Below, in pieces: positions 48,651-58,593 of a stretch of 64,000 nucleotides of DNA. The notes below the pieces were generated by a model, which saw nothing but the letters and a program-made list of their open reading frames with translations, was not told the DNA's origin and did not search any database. The DNA lies in contig JABURS010000029.1 of assembly GCA_014762505.1 (NCBI GenBank), positions 60,178 to 124,177 of the forward strand. The letters are read 5' to 3'. A program made the position numbers and the translations under genes. Numbering within the stretch: position 1 is the stretch's first letter; every line of letters begins with the position of its first letter. This DNA comes from Chromatiales bacterium (GTDB taxonomy: Bacteria > Pseudomonadota > Gammaproteobacteria > SpSt-1174).

Positions 48651-48699
48651 CCAATCTAGCCATAATGCCCTCATACATCGCGATCGCGGGAACTGCGGC

Positions 48700-49464
48700 A
48701 TGTCGGACAAGGCATCTAGAAATATCGTCAGCATCGCCGGCCTCAAGCAGGCCTGCAAGCACTGCAGCCTGCACGACCTGTGCCTGCCGATGGGCGTGGC
48801 CGACGCCGACCTGGACGCCCTGGAGTCCATGCTCAAGCCCCGCCGCCCCGTGCAGCGCAACGAACACCTGTATCGCGCCGGCGACCGCCTGACCTCCATC
48901 TACGCCGTGCGCTCGGGTTCGGTGAAGACCTACACCCTGACCAACGATGGTCGCGAGCAGATCACCGGCTTCCACCTGCCGGGCGAGCTGATCGGGCTGG
49001 ACGCGATCAACGACAACTCCCACCCCTGCTCGGCGCGCGCGCTGGAGACCGCCAGTGTCTGCGAGATGCCCTTCGACCAGCTCGAGACGCTGGCGATGCG
49101 CATCCCGGGCCTGCAGCACCAGCTGTTCCGCATCATGAGCCGCGAACTCAAGAGCGACGAGCAGTTCATGACCCTGCTCGGCAAGAAGAACGCCGACGAA
49201 CGCCTCGCCTCCTTCCTGGTCGGTCTGTCCAACCGCTTCAAGGAGCGCGGCTACTCCCCCACCGAGTTCAACCTGAGCATGTCCCGCAACGACATCGCCA
49301 ACTACCTGGGGCTCGCAGTGGAGACCGTCTCGCGCCTGTTCTCGCGCCTGCAGGCCGACGGCATCATGACCGTGGACCGCAAGCTGATCCACATCACCGA
49401 CCTCTCCCGCCTCAACCAGCTCGCCGGCACCAGCTGCGAGCGACCGATGAACCGCACCGGCTGA
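48700..49464 (+). CDS. anr: FNR/Anr-family anaerobic transcriptional regulator (Crp/Fnr superfamily)
   Basis: 254 aa; N-terminal Cys cluster [10 protein letters not shown] plus a downstream Cys, cNMP-like fold, C-terminal HTH; track ORF 48274 is a long false extension. Confidence 0.88.
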   Translation: MSDKASRNIVSIAGLKQACKHCSLHDLCLPMGVADADLDALESMLKPRRPVQRNEHLYRAGDRLTSIYAVRSGSVKTYTLTNDGREQITGFHLPGELIGLDAINDNSHPCSARALETASVCEMPFDQLETLAMRIPGLQHQLFRIMSRELKSDEQFMTLLGKKNADERLASFLVGLSNRFKERGYSPTEFNLSMSRNDIANYLGLAVETVSRLFSRLQADGIMTVDRKLIHITDLSRLNQLAGTSCERPMNRTG

Positions 49465-49485
49465 GCCGACGAACCCGGACCGTCA

Positions 49486-50175
49486 CTAGAGCAGATTCCG
49501 CGGCGGGAAGCCCTGCGCGGCAGGCAACCGCTCGGCGCGCGTCACCGCCTCGCCCAGCATCCGATCCGTGGCCACCGGTCCGAACAACTCGCAGGCACGC
49601 ACGTAGAGACGGTGCAGCAGCTCCCGCCAGGTCGCGGGGGCGGCATCCACGGCCAGTTCGCCGGCCTGCTGCATGAGCCAGCGATTCACCGCCTGCGCCT
49701 CGCGTGGCGGCAGATGCAGCTCGCCCAGCCGGTCCATCACGTCCACGCGCACCTTGAGGGCCCGCTCTGCATCGATGGCCTCCAGGGCGTCCAGCAGCCC
49801 TCCGGCAACGACCACGAAGACCGCCCCCGCCGAGGACCGGGCCGCCGCAGAGGCCACCTCCGTCGCCCGCGACGACGGCTCGGACGCAGCGGGGGCGACC
49901 CGTTCGCCCGGGTCCGGCAGCAGCTGCGCCTCATCGGCCGTCAGCGCCCGCATCAGGCTGCGATACACCTCGCCGTGTCGCGCCTCCAGCCCGGTCTGCG
50001 CACAGACCGCGGAGACGAAGCCATGCAGGACGTAGACCGGCCCGTCCGCATAGCGGACCGACCACAGCAACAGGGCATCCTGCAGCTGGGCCTCGCCAAG
50101 AAAGGGCTTCAATCCGGTATAGACGGCACGGCGGCGACGCACACGCTCGGCACTGGCACCCTTGTCGACGGCCAT
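49486..50175 (-). CDS. hypothetical protein coupled to amtB (3-nt gap)
   Basis: 229 aa, soluble, no recognised motif; start ATG 3 nt after the amtB TAG. Confidence 0.5.
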   Translation of the reverse strand: MAVDKGASAERVRRRRAVYTGLKPFLGEAQLQDALLLWSVRYADGPVYVLHGFVSAVCAQTGLEARHGEVYRSLMRALTADEAQLLPDPGERVAPAASEPSSRATEVASAAARSSAGAVFVVVAGGLLDALEAIDAERALKVRVDVMDRLGELHLPPREAQAVNRWLMQQAGELAVDAAPATWRELLHRLYVRACELFGPVATDRMLGEAVTRAERLPAAQGFPPRNLL

Positions 50176-50178
50176 GAC

Positions 50179-51477
50179 CTACTCCTTGCCCGCGTGCAGG
50201 ATCTCGCGCTGGAACTCGGGATACCCCACCTCGTGATGCTCGCTGAAATCGAGCCCGCGCTGTTCATCCAGGGTGCTCGCCCGCAGGCCGATCACCCGGT
50301 TGATGACCAGGTACATGACCAGTGCCAGCGGAAAGGCCCAGAGAAAGCCGGCCACCACGCCCAGCGCCTGGATGGCGATCTGCACCGGATTGAACAGGTC
50401 GCCGGCCACGAACATGCCGGCGGCCAGCGTACCCCAGACACCGGCGAACCCGTGCACCGGGACGGCACCGACGACATCGTCCAGCCCGAAGGCCTCGAGC
50501 AGATCGGTGCCCAGCACGACCACGAACCCCGCCACCAGACCCGTGAGCACGGCGAACAACGGCTCCATCACGGCGCAACCGGCGGTGATGGCCACCAACC
50601 CGCCGATGGCGCCGTTGACGTTCTGCGTGAGCAGGATGGGGCGACGCAGGATCAGCAGCGTCAGCAACACGCCCACCGCCCCCGCGGCCGCAGCGAGGTG
50701 GGTATTCAGCGCGATCAGGCCGATACTGGTATCGGCCGCCGTGGTGCTGCCGGCATTGAAGCCGAACCAGCCGAGCCAGAGGATGAAGCCGCCCAGCGCC
50801 ACCTGGGTCAGGTTGTGCCCGGGCAGTGCGCGGGACTCCCCCTGCTCGCCGAATCGCCCCAGGCGTGGACCGAGCACGATGATCCCCGCCAGCGCCACCC
50901 AGGCCCCCACGGAATGCACCACCGTGGAGCCGGCGAAATCGATGAAGCCGAGCTGCGCCAGCCAGCCCTCGCCGTCGTAGAGACTGCCCCAGACCCAGCT
51001 GCCGAACACCGGGTAGATGAACGCGCAGATCATCACGGCACCGGCCAGGTAGGCCTGGTAACGGGTGCGCTCGGCCATGGCACCGCTGGCGATGGTGACG
51101 GCCGTGGCGGCGAACATGGTCTGGAAGAACAGCAGGCTGTAGTCCAGGTGTTCGCCGTTACCGAGCAGGAAATGGCTCTGGCCGAACAGGCCGGTGGGAT
51201 TGATGCCGAACATCAGGCCATACCCCACCAGCCAGAAGGCGAGGCTGCCCAGGCAGACGTCCATGAAGTTCTTCATCACCACATTGACGGCATTCTTGGC
51301 ACGGGACATGCCGCTTTCGAGCAGGGCAAACCCGGCCTGCATGAAGAACACCAGGGCCCCGGCGGTGACCACCCAGAGGGTATCGATGGCCGGCTTGAGG
51401 TCCGCCTCGGCGGACCAGGCAGCGGATGGCAGGAGAGACAGCAGGCAGAGCAGCGACGTCAGTCGGCGTGGGGTCAT
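50179..51477 (-). CDS. amtB: ammonium transporter
   Basis: 432 aa, signal peptide plus 11 TM, Amt/MEP signature. Confidence 0.93.
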   Translation of the reverse strand: MTPRRLTSLLCLLSLLPSAAWSAEADLKPAIDTLWVVTAGALVFFMQAGFALLESGMSRAKNAVNVVMKNFMDVCLGSLAFWLVGYGLMFGINPTGLFGQSHFLLGNGEHLDYSLLFFQTMFAATAVTIASGAMAERTRYQAYLAGAVMICAFIYPVFGSWVWGSLYDGEGWLAQLGFIDFAGSTVVHSVGAWVALAGIIVLGPRLGRFGEQGESRALPGHNLTQVALGGFILWLGWFGFNAGSTTAADTSIGLIALNTHLAAAAGAVGVLLTLLILRRPILLTQNVNGAIGGLVAITAGCAVMEPLFAVLTGLVAGFVVVLGTDLLEAFGLDDVVGAVPVHGFAGVWGTLAAGMFVAGDLFNPVQIAIQALGVVAGFLWAFPLALVMYLVINRVIGLRASTLDEQRGLDFSEHHEVGYPEFQREILHAGKE

Positions 51478-51518
51478 GGCGATTCCGTTCCCTAGTCATT
51501 GTCATGTGACAAGGGAAT

Positions 51519-51534
51519 TGCAAGCGGCATGCCA
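51519..51534 (-). promoter_or_regulatory. sigma54 promoter TGGCATgccgcTTGCA for amtB
   Basis: rc of 51519-51534 matches the TGGCAC-N5-TTGCW spacing exactly; about 30 nt from the -12 element to the amtB ATG. Confidence 0.6.
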
Positions 51535-51598
51535 GCGCCCGCCCGCAGTGCAAATGGCGCCCCGGAATCACCCATCGGAAAGATATCAGGTCCGGCGC

Positions 51599-51615
51599 TG
51601 CACCAGCCGGCTGCA
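51599..51615. promoter_or_regulatory. NtrC-type enhancer site TGCACCagccgGCTGCA
   Basis: 11/12 match to the TGCACC-N5-GGTGCA dyad, about 80 bp upstream of the sigma54 -24 element. Confidence 0.4.
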
Positions 51616-51663
51616 GCAGACCGACCGGCACGCCCGGTCGCAGTGCATCCCTGCCCGCCGCTC

Positions 51664-52110
51664 TCAGGCCGGCGGCACCTGCAGCCAGAAGGTGACCGGC
51701 CCGTTGTTCACCAGCCCGACCCGCATGTCGGCACCGAAGCGGCCGGCGGCCACCGGGGCATGCCGGGCGCAGGCCTGGTCGAGCAGGTAACCGAACAGGC
51801 GTTCGCCCTCGGCAGGCTCGGCGGCCGGCGTAAAACTCGGGCGCATCCCCTTGCGGGTATCGGCCGCGAGCGTGAACTGCGGCACCAGCAGGAGCCCGCC
51901 GCCGGTGTCCGCGAGCGAGTGGTTCATGCGTCCCGTCGCATCCTCGAAGACGCGGTAGCCGAGCAGCCGCGCCAGCAGGCGATCGGCCTGGGCCTCGGTG
52001 TCACCCCGCTCCACCCCGACCAGCACCAGCAGGCCGGCGTCGATGGCACCCACCACCTCCCCCGCGACCGTGACGCTGGCCGAATCCACGCGCTGCAGCA
52101 GGCCGATCAT
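51664..52110 (-). CDS. dtd: D-aminoacyl-tRNA deacylase
   Basis: Near full-length similarity to E. coli Dtd ([15 protein letters not shown]...GPVTFWLQV). Confidence 0.93.
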   Translation of the reverse strand: MIGLLQRVDSASVTVAGEVVGAIDAGLLVLVGVERGDTEAQADRLLARLLGYRVFEDATGRMNHSLADTGGGLLLVPQFTLAADTRKGMRPSFTPAAEPAEGERLFGYLLDQACARHAPVAAGRFGADMRVGLVNNGPVTFWLQVPPA

Positions 52111-53078
52111 GCCGGCGGCAACGCGGCCCGCACGCCCAACCGGTCGGCGATATCGACCGTGGCCCCGACCAGGGCCCGGGTGATGCCGGGCTCGCCGGCG
52201 GCATGCCCGGCATCATCGATGATGCGCAGCGCGGCCTCCGGCCAGGCACGATGCAGGGCCCAGGCCTGGTCGACGGGACAGATCACGTCGTAGCGCCCGT
52301 GCACGATCACGCCCGGGATACCTGACAGGCGATGCGCATCCCGCAGCAACTGATCGGGCTCGAGGAAGGCGTGATTGACGAAGTAGTGGCACTCGATGCG
52401 CGCAAGGCTCAGGGCCACGTAGGGGTCGTCGAAGTGGGCCACCACCGAGGGGCTCTCGACCAGCGTGGCGGTGCGCCCCTCCCACAACGACCAGGCCTTG
52501 GCCGCGGCCATGCGGGCCACCTCGTCCTCGCCGGTGAGGCGCCGATGGTAGGCATGCAGGAGGTCGTCCCGCTCGGCCGGCGGGATGGGTTCGAGATAGG
52601 CCTCCCACAGATCGGGGAAGAGCCGGCTGGTACCGGCCTGGTAGAACCAGTGGATGTCCTCGTCACGGCAGAGGAAGATGCCGCGCAGGATCAGCCCCAG
52701 CACCCGTTCCGGATGGGTCTCGGCATAGGCCAGTCCCAGCGTCGAGCCCCAGGAACCGCCGAACACCACCCAGCGCTCGATGCCCAGGTGCTCGCGGATG
52801 GCCTCGATGTCGCGCACGAGGTCCCAGGTGGTGTTGTGCGCCAGCGCGGCATGCGGGGTGGAACGCCCGCAGCCACGCTGGTCGAACAGCACGATACGAT
52901 AGGCCTCGGGATCGAAGAAGCGCCGGTGATACGGCTCGCAGCCGCTGCCCGGCCCGCCGTGCAGAAACAGCACGGGCAACCCGTCCGGGTTGCCGCATTC
53001 CTCGAGATAGAGCTGGTGGCCGTGGTCCACGGCCAGCTGCGTGCTGTAATGGGGCCGTATCTCCGGGTAGAGCGTCAT
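52107..53078 (-). CDS. pip: proline iminopeptidase
   Basis: alpha/beta hydrolase with GGSWGSTL nucleophile elbow; 323 aa. Confidence 0.88.
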   Translation of the reverse strand: MTLYPEIRPHYSTQLAVDHGHQLYLEECGNPDGLPVLFLHGGPGSGCEPYHRRFFDPEAYRIVLFDQRGCGRSTPHAALAHNTTWDLVRDIEAIREHLGIERWVVFGGSWGSTLGLAYAETHPERVLGLILRGIFLCRDEDIHWFYQAGTSRLFPDLWEAYLEPIPPAERDDLLHAYHRRLTGEDEVARMAAAKAWSLWEGRTATLVESPSVVAHFDDPYVALSLARIECHYFVNHAFLEPDQLLRDAHRLSGIPGVIVHGRYDVICPVDQAWALHRAWPEAALRIIDDAGHAAGEPGITRALVGATVDIADRLGVRAALPPA

Positions 53079-53105
53079 GCCTGTCTGCCTGTGGTTTGCC
53101 AGGCA

Positions 53106-53666
53106 CTAATCATGCACGGGCGCGCCCCTGAAACCAATCGCCGCCGCGATGCCGCCCAGCAGCAGTCCCAGCAGGATGAGGATCGGGCCGATACCCGTAT
53201 CCAGCACCACGCCGGCCCAGCCGATGTTGAACACCATGAGATACAGCGCACCCGAGTGCAGCAGCGTGCCCACGATGAAGACCCAGCTGATCAGCTGCTT
53301 GAACCAGACCGGCACGGCCAGGAACACCAGCACCACACCCACGGCAATGTTGAGCAGGGCCTCCAGGTTGCCATGGGCATGGGGACCGCTCTTGATGGCG
53401 TCGATGGGCGCGCGGGCATTGAGGCCGGTATTCAGGGCGAGAATGGCCTCGGCATTGGCGCGGGCGATCGCGTCCGCACTCAGCGTCTCCAGCGTGGTCT
53501 CGTCCATGAATCCGCCATCCACCCGCAGCCGCAGCTCCGACATCGCGACATTGCGCACCGCCTGCGCCTCGCCCACGGCGTCGAACTGGCTGACCATATA
53601 GGGCCCGAGGGCAGCGGTGAGGACCAGAAACAGAAAACCGAACACGACGTTCTTGCGACCGATCAT
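53106..53666 (-). CDS. hypothetical 4-TM membrane protein
   Basis: 186 aa, AAGGAGG SD; function not recognised. Confidence 0.55.
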   Translation of the reverse strand: MIGRKNVVFGFLFLVLTAALGPYMVSQFDAVGEAQAVRNVAMSELRLRVDGGFMDETTLETLSADAIARANAEAILALNTGLNARAPIDAIKSGPHAHGNLEALLNIAVGVVLVFLAVPVWFKQLISWVFIVGTLLHSGALYLMVFNIGWAGVVLDTGIGPILILLGLLLGGIAAAIGFRGAPVHD

Positions 53667-53695
53667 GGCTTGCCTCCTTTGTCTTCCTGCGACAT

Positions 53696-53711
53696 GTAGG
53701 AATATTCCTAC
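53696..53711. promoter_or_regulatory. perfect 16-bp palindrome GTAGGAATATTCCTAC (candidate operator)
   Basis: Read directly; 30 bp upstream of the start codon of the minus-strand membrane-protein gene, in the divergent region with ttcA. Confidence 0.4.
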
Positions 53712-53897
53712 AAACCCTGTCTACCATCCCCGACTGGTGAGGGTAGACCCTGCATGAGAGTATGGCAGCCACTCAGGGAGGAGTACCGGTCAGGGAGACC
53801 ACCGGGCGGGCCAGGAGGGTAACACCGTCGGGGGTGGCACGACGCCACGAGGGACCAAAGGAAACTCGCTTCAATCACCTATGCCAGGATGGCCTCA

Positions 53898-53931
53898 CCC
53901 CGACCAACGGACGGTCGGGGTTCTTCTTTTT
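53898..53931 (+). terminator. intrinsic terminator-like CCCCGACC-aacggac-GGTCGGGG + TTCTTCTTTTT in the ttcA leader
   Basis: Seen directly; followed by a second hairpin GGGCCCT-ggaaaaca-AGGGCCC (53932-53955); 80 bp before the ttcA ATG. Confidence 0.5.
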
Positions 53932-54012
53932 GGGGCCCTGGAAAACAAGGGCCCTCCCGGACAAGCCGCCCGTCACTTGCACCCCGGGGGCCCCGGCCGT
54001 ATCTTCCCCCGC

Positions 54013-54792
54013 ATGATCACACCCGTCACCCCGCCCAAGTCCCTGCTGCGCCAGGTCGGCCGCGCCATCGGCGACTATGGCCTGATCCGCGACGGCGACC
54101 GCGTGCTGCTCGGCCTGTCCGGCGGCAAGGACTCGCTCTCGCTGCTGCACCTGCTGCTGCACTTTCAGCGCCGCGCGCCGATCCGCTTCGCGGTGGGGGC
54201 GGTGACGGTAGACCCCCAGTCCGACAGCTTCGACCCCTCGGTGCTCATCCCCTACATGGAGGCCCTGGGCGTGCCGTACTTCTACCGGCGCGAGCCCATC
54301 CTGGAGCTGGCCACCGAACACATGGACAACGACTCCTACTGCGCCTTCTGCGCCCGCATGAAGCGCGGCACCATGTACAACACGGCGCGCCGCGAGGGCT
54401 ACAACGTGCTGGCCCTGGCCCAGCACCTGGACGACCTGGCCGAGAGCTTTCTCATGTCCGCCTTCCACGGCGGCCAGCTCAAGACCATGAAGGCCCATTA
54501 CGTGGTCAACGACGGCGACCTGCGGGTGATCCGCCCGCTGATCTACGTGCGCGAACGCCAGACCGCCGACTTCGCCCGGGCGACCGACCTGCCGGTGGTG
54601 GCGGACAGCTGCCCGGCCTGTTTCGACATGCCCACCCAGCGCCAGCACATGAAGGAGCTGCTGGCCGGCGAGGAGCGCGGGAATCCGCGCCTGTTCAGGA
54701 GCCTGCTCACGGCCATGCGCCCGTTGATCGAGGAGGGGCTGCCCGAGCCGGCCCGGGAAACGCCACGGACCCGTCGGCGCAGCGCCTCCTGA
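54013..54792 (+). CDS. ttcA: tRNA 2-thiocytidine(32) synthetase
   Basis: SGGKDS PP-loop, CxxC...C cluster ligands; start MITPVTPPKSLL. Confidence 0.9.
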   Translation: MITPVTPPKSLLRQVGRAIGDYGLIRDGDRVLLGLSGGKDSLSLLHLLLHFQRRAPIRFAVGAVTVDPQSDSFDPSVLIPYMEALGVPYFYRREPILELATEHMDNDSYCAFCARMKRGTMYNTARREGYNVLALAQHLDDLAESFLMSAFHGGQLKTMKAHYVVNDGDLRVIRPLIYVRERQTADFARATDLPVVADSCPACFDMPTQRQHMKELLAGEERGNPRLFRSLLTAMRPLIEEGLPEPARETPRTRRRSAS

Positions 54793-54805
54793 AGCGGCAG
54801 GGGCG

Positions 54806-55129
54806 TCAGGGCGCCAGCGCCTTGCGGGCGCGCCGGAGAAAGACCTGCATCTCCTTCGCCGCCTGCTTGTCGCCCCGGCCCTCGGCCACCTCGATACCGC
54901 GCGTATAGACCTCCGCCGCCTCGGCCGGCTCACCCGCCTCCATCAGCGCCTTGCCGAGCAGCTTCCAGGCCGCGGAGTACTGCGGGTCCTGCGCCACGGC
55001 CTCGCGCAGGTGGGTCACGGCCGCCCGCGCCTCCCCCGCCTGCAGGTAGGCATTGCCCAGCGAAAAACGCAGCAGGGCGTTGTCCTGCCCGGACGCCAGC
55101 ATCTGTTCAAAGTTCTCGATCATGCCCAT
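54806..55129 (-). CDS. small tetratricopeptide-repeat protein
   Basis: 107 aa with TPR-like helical repeats (AYLQAGEARAAVTHLREAVAQDPQYSAAWKLLGKALMEAGEPAEA). Confidence 0.6.
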   Translation of the reverse strand: MGMIENFEQMLASGQDNALLRFSLGNAYLQAGEARAAVTHLREAVAQDPQYSAAWKLLGKALMEAGEPAEAAEVYTRGIEVAEGRGDKQAAKEMQVFLRRARKALAP

Positions 55130-55132
55130 GGT

Positions 55133-55759
55133 TCAGCTCTCATCTTCCGGGGCCTCACGTTCCGGGGTCTCACATGCCGGCCCCCCTGGCCTCATCGCCA
55201 CCAGCCAGGCCTGGTCCCGCAGCCCCCCGGCGACATCGCCCACACATCCTTCCTCACGATAGGCCAGCACGCGCAGGCCCGCAAAAGCCCGCAGCAATTC
55301 ACCGGGTTCCAGGCGATAGGCCGGATTGGCAGGCCCGCGCCCGGTGACCGCCTCGCGGGTCCAGGTCTGGTAGAAGAGCAGGCCGCCGGGACGCAGGGCG
55401 GCAGCGAGTGAGGGGAAGAGCGCGCGCTCCAGGAAATGGGCCACGACGATGACATCGAATGTCCCGGCCGGCGGCGGTTCGGCCACCACGTCGCGCACCC
55501 GCGACTGGATGGGCAGCCCCTGTGCACGCGCCAGGGCAGAGAGCCGGCCGATGGCCTCCGAGGAGCGGTCCCAGGCATGGGCCTGCAGACCACGCTGGGC
55601 CAGTAACCGGGCATTGGCACCCAGCCCGCAGGCCAGGTCCAGGGCCTCGCCTTGGGCCGGCAGGAGGTGCACATGGGCCGTCAGCACGTCTGCGGGGCGG
55701 GCGGGCGCGGGGTCGGCCTCGCGGTAACGGGCGTCCCAGCGGGCCTCCTCGTCGTCCAT
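55133..55759 (-). CDS. class I SAM-dependent methyltransferase (TehB-like)
   Basis: LDLACGLGANARLL motif I; start MDDEEARW whose ATG overlaps the trkH stop (ATGA). Confidence 0.7.
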   Translation of the reverse strand: MDDEEARWDARYREADPAPARPADVLTAHVHLLPAQGEALDLACGLGANARLLAQRGLQAHAWDRSSEAIGRLSALARAQGLPIQSRVRDVVAEPPPAGTFDVIVVAHFLERALFPSLAAALRPGGLLFYQTWTREAVTGRGPANPAYRLEPGELLRAFAGLRVLAYREEGCVGDVAGGLRDQAWLVAMRPGGPACETPEREAPEDES

Positions 55760-57210
55760 CAGCGCCGCCAGAAGGCCGGCGTGATCAGCACCAGCAGGGT
55801 GAAGATCTCCAGGCGGCCGAGCAGCATGGCAAGGCACAGCACCCACTTGGAAAAGTCGTTGATGTCGCGGTAGTGGGAACCCACGTCACCGAGCCCTGGG
55901 CCGAGGTTGTTGATGCTCGCGGCCACCGCCGAGAAGGCCGTCACCTGGTCCAGGCCCGAGGCCATGAGCAGCAGCATCATCACCGTGAACACGGCGATAT
56001 AGGCCGAGAAAAAGCCCCACACCGCCTCGATGACCCGGTCGTCCATGGGCTTGCGCCCGACCTTGACCGTGAACTGGGCACTGGGATGCACCAGGCGCTT
56101 GAGTTCGCGCATGCCCTGCTTGAGGAGCAGCATGAAGCGGATCACCTTGAGCCCCCCGCCCGTGGAGGCGGCGCAGCCGCCGATGAAGCTCACGAACAGC
56201 AGCAGTACGGGCAGGAAACCCGGCCAGTAATGATAGGCGGCCGTGGTGAAGCCCGTGGTGGTGCCGATGGACACGGCCTGGAACACGCCGTGATGCACGG
56301 CACTGGCGGGATCACTGAAGGTGCCGGTGAAATAGAGATAACCCGAGGTGACCACCGCCACCGCGAACAGAATGGAGAAATAGACGCGGAATTCCGGGTC
56401 GCTGGCATAGGGCCTGAGGCTGACGCGCCGCCAGGCAAGAAAATGCAGGGCGAAGTTGGCGCCCGAGAGCACCATGAACACCACCGCGATCATCTCGATC
56501 AGCGGGCTGTTGAAATAGCCCATGCTCGCGTCGTGGGTGGAGAAGCCCCCGATGGCCACGGTGGAGAAGGCGTGGCTGATGGCGTCGAAGACCTCCATGC
56601 CGGCCAGCCAGTAGGCCGTGCCGCAGGCGATGGTGAGCCCGAGGTAGATGTACCACAGGGCCTTGGCCGTCTCGGTGATGCGCGGCGTGAGCTTGTTGTC
56701 CTTCACCGGCCCCGGCGTCTCGGCACGGAACAGCTGCATGCCCCCGACGCCCAGCATGGGCAGTACCGCCACGGCCAGCACGATGATCCCCATGCCGCCC
56801 ATCCACTGCAGCTGCTGGCGGTAGAAGAGGATGGAATGCGGCAGCTCGTCCAGCCCCACGATCACCGTAGCACCGGTGGTGGTGAGGCCGGACATGGACT
56901 CGAACACGGCATCGGTGATGCTGACCGCCAGCTCCTCGGAGAGATACAACGGCAGGGCGCCGACCAGGCCCAGCACCAGCCAGAAGGAGACCACGACCAG
57001 GAACCCGTCGCGCAGGCGCAGCTCCTTTTTCAGGCGACGCACCGGCAGCCATAGCAACAGGCCGGCGCCGAGGATGATGAAAAAGCCGTCGAGAAAGGGC
57101 CAGATGCTGCCGTCGCGGTAGATCAGCTCCACCGCCACCGGCGGCAGCATGGAGAAGCTGAACACCATGAGCAGGAGACCGACGATGCGCTGGACGATGT
57201 TAAGCTGCAC
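55759..57210 (-). CDS. trkH: Trk potassium uptake protein TrkH
   Basis: 483 aa polytopic protein, TrkH/KtrB family. Confidence 0.92.
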   Translation of the reverse strand: MQLNIVQRIVGLLLMVFSFSMLPPVAVELIYRDGSIWPFLDGFFIILGAGLLLWLPVRRLKKELRLRDGFLVVVSFWLVLGLVGALPLYLSEELAVSITDAVFESMSGLTTTGATVIVGLDELPHSILFYRQQLQWMGGMGIIVLAVAVLPMLGVGGMQLFRAETPGPVKDNKLTPRITETAKALWYIYLGLTIACGTAYWLAGMEVFDAISHAFSTVAIGGFSTHDASMGYFNSPLIEMIAVVFMVLSGANFALHFLAWRRVSLRPYASDPEFRVYFSILFAVAVVTSGYLYFTGTFSDPASAVHHGVFQAVSIGTTTGFTTAAYHYWPGFLPVLLLFVSFIGGCAASTGGGLKVIRFMLLLKQGMRELKRLVHPSAQFTVKVGRKPMDDRVIEAVWGFFSAYIAVFTVMMLLLMASGLDQVTAFSAVAASINNLGPGLGDVGSHYRDINDFSKWVLCLAMLLGRLEIFTLLVLITPAFWRR

Positions 57211-57219
57211 GCGCGGCCC

Positions 57220-58593
57220 TCAGAAGAAGGTGATGCCGACCTGGAACAGGCGCTCGACCTCGCCGATGCGCCGCTTGTCCACCAGGAACAGGATGACATG
57301 GTCTTCGGACTCGATGACCGTGTCGTGATGGGCCATCAGCACCTCCTCGCCGCGCACGATGGCGCCGATGGTGGTGCCCTGCGGCAGCTTGATCTCCTCG
57401 ATGCGCTTGCCCACCACCTTCGAGTTGCCGGGGTCGCCGTGGGCCACGGCCTCGATGGCCTCGGCTGCACCACGCCGCAGCGAATGCACCGCCACCACAT
57501 CGCCGCGGCGCACATGGGTCAGCAGGGCGCCGATGGTCACCTGCTGGGGCGAGATGGCGATGTCGATGGTGCCGCTCTCCACCAGGTCCACGTAACTCGG
57601 ACGGTTGATCAGCGACATCACCTTGCGCGCCCCCAGGCGCTTGGCCAGCATGGCTGAGAGGATATTGGCCTCGTCGTCGTTGGTCAGGGCGCAGAACACG
57701 TCGGTATTCTCGATGTTCTCCTCCACCAGCAGCTCACCATCGGCGGCATCCGCGTGCAGCACGATGGTGCGGTCCAGGGTCTCCGAGAGCATGCGGGCAC
57801 GGCGCCTGGCGCGCTCGATGAGCTTGACCTGGTAGTCCCGCTCCATGAGCTGGGCCAGGCGCCGGCCGATATTGCCGCCGCCGGCCAGCATGATGCGCTT
57901 GTATGGCTTGTCGAGCTTGCGCAGCTCACTGGTGACGGCACGGATATGCTTTTTCGCGGCGATGAAGAAGACCTCATCGTCCGGCTCGATCACGGTGGGC
58001 CCCTCGGGCAGGATGGGCCGGCCGCGCCGGAAGATCGCCGCCACCCGCGCCTCGATGCCGGGCATGTGCTCGGTCAGGGCACGCAGCTCGTTGCCCACCA
58101 GCTTGCCGCCGTAGTAGGCCTTCACCGCCACCAGCTGCACGCGCCCCTGGGCAAAGTCCAGCACCTGCAGCGCACCCGGGTGCTCGATCAGGCTCTGGAT
58201 GTACTCGGTGACGAGCTCCTCGGGACTGATGAGCACGTCGATAGGCAGCGCATCCTGATGAAACAGCCGCTTGGCTGCGAGGTACTCGGGGGCACGCACG
58301 CGCGCGATCTTGGTCGGCGTGTGATAGAGCGTGTACGCCACCTGGCAGGCGATCATGTTGGTCTCATCGGAATTGGTCACGGCGATGAGCATGTCCGCGT
58401 CCTCGGCACCGGCCTGCGTCAGCACGCTGGGATGGGAGCCCTGCCCGACCACGGTACGCAGATCCAGCCGGTCCTGCAGGTCGCGCAGGATCTCGGGGCG
58501 GGTATCGACCACGGTGATGTCGTTGGCCTCGCTGGCCAGGCTGTAGGCCAGTGAACTGCCCACCTGCCCGGCACCGAGTATCAGTATCTTCAT
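57220..58593 (-). CDS. trkA: Trk system NAD-binding protein TrkA
   Basis: [16 protein letters not shown]... tandem RCK domains, 457 aa. Confidence 0.93.
   Translation of the reverse strand: MKILILGAGQVGSSLAYSLASEANDITVVDTRPEILRDLQDRLDLRTVVGQGSHPSVLTQAGAEDADMLIAVTNSDETNMIACQVAYTLYHTPTKIARVRAPEYLAAKRLFHQDALPIDVLISPEELVTEYIQSLIEHPGALQVLDFAQGRVQLVAVKAYYGGKLVGNELRALTEHMPGIEARVAAIFRRGRPILPEGPTVIEPDDEVFFIAAKKHIRAVTSELRKLDKPYKRIMLAGGGNIGRRLAQLMERDYQVKLIERARRRARMLSETLDRTIVLHADAADGELLVEENIENTDVFCALTNDDEANILSAMLAKRLGARKVMSLINRPSYVDLVESGTIDIAISPQQVTIGALLTHVRRGDVVAVHSLRRGAAEAIEAVAHGDPGNSKVVGKRIEEIKLPQGTTIGAIVRGEEVLMAHHDTVIESEDHVILFLVDKRRIGEVERLFQVGITFF

Noticed and set aside
53772-53860. Possible resemblance of the ttcA leader (CCGGUCAGGGAGACCACCGGGCGGG ... 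ACACCGUCGGGGG) to guanidine (ykkC-family) riboswitches
   Set aside because: Only short fragmentary matches. Key conserved blocks and the pseudoknot partner are not present. Cannot be supported without a covariance-model search.
53762-54016. 84-codon plus-strand ORF overlapping the ttcA start (ATGA)
   Set aside because: Rich in rare AGG/GGA/GTA codons and spanned by two stable hairpins. More likely a non-coding leader than a protein. Kept only as a possibility in the ttcA-leader finding.
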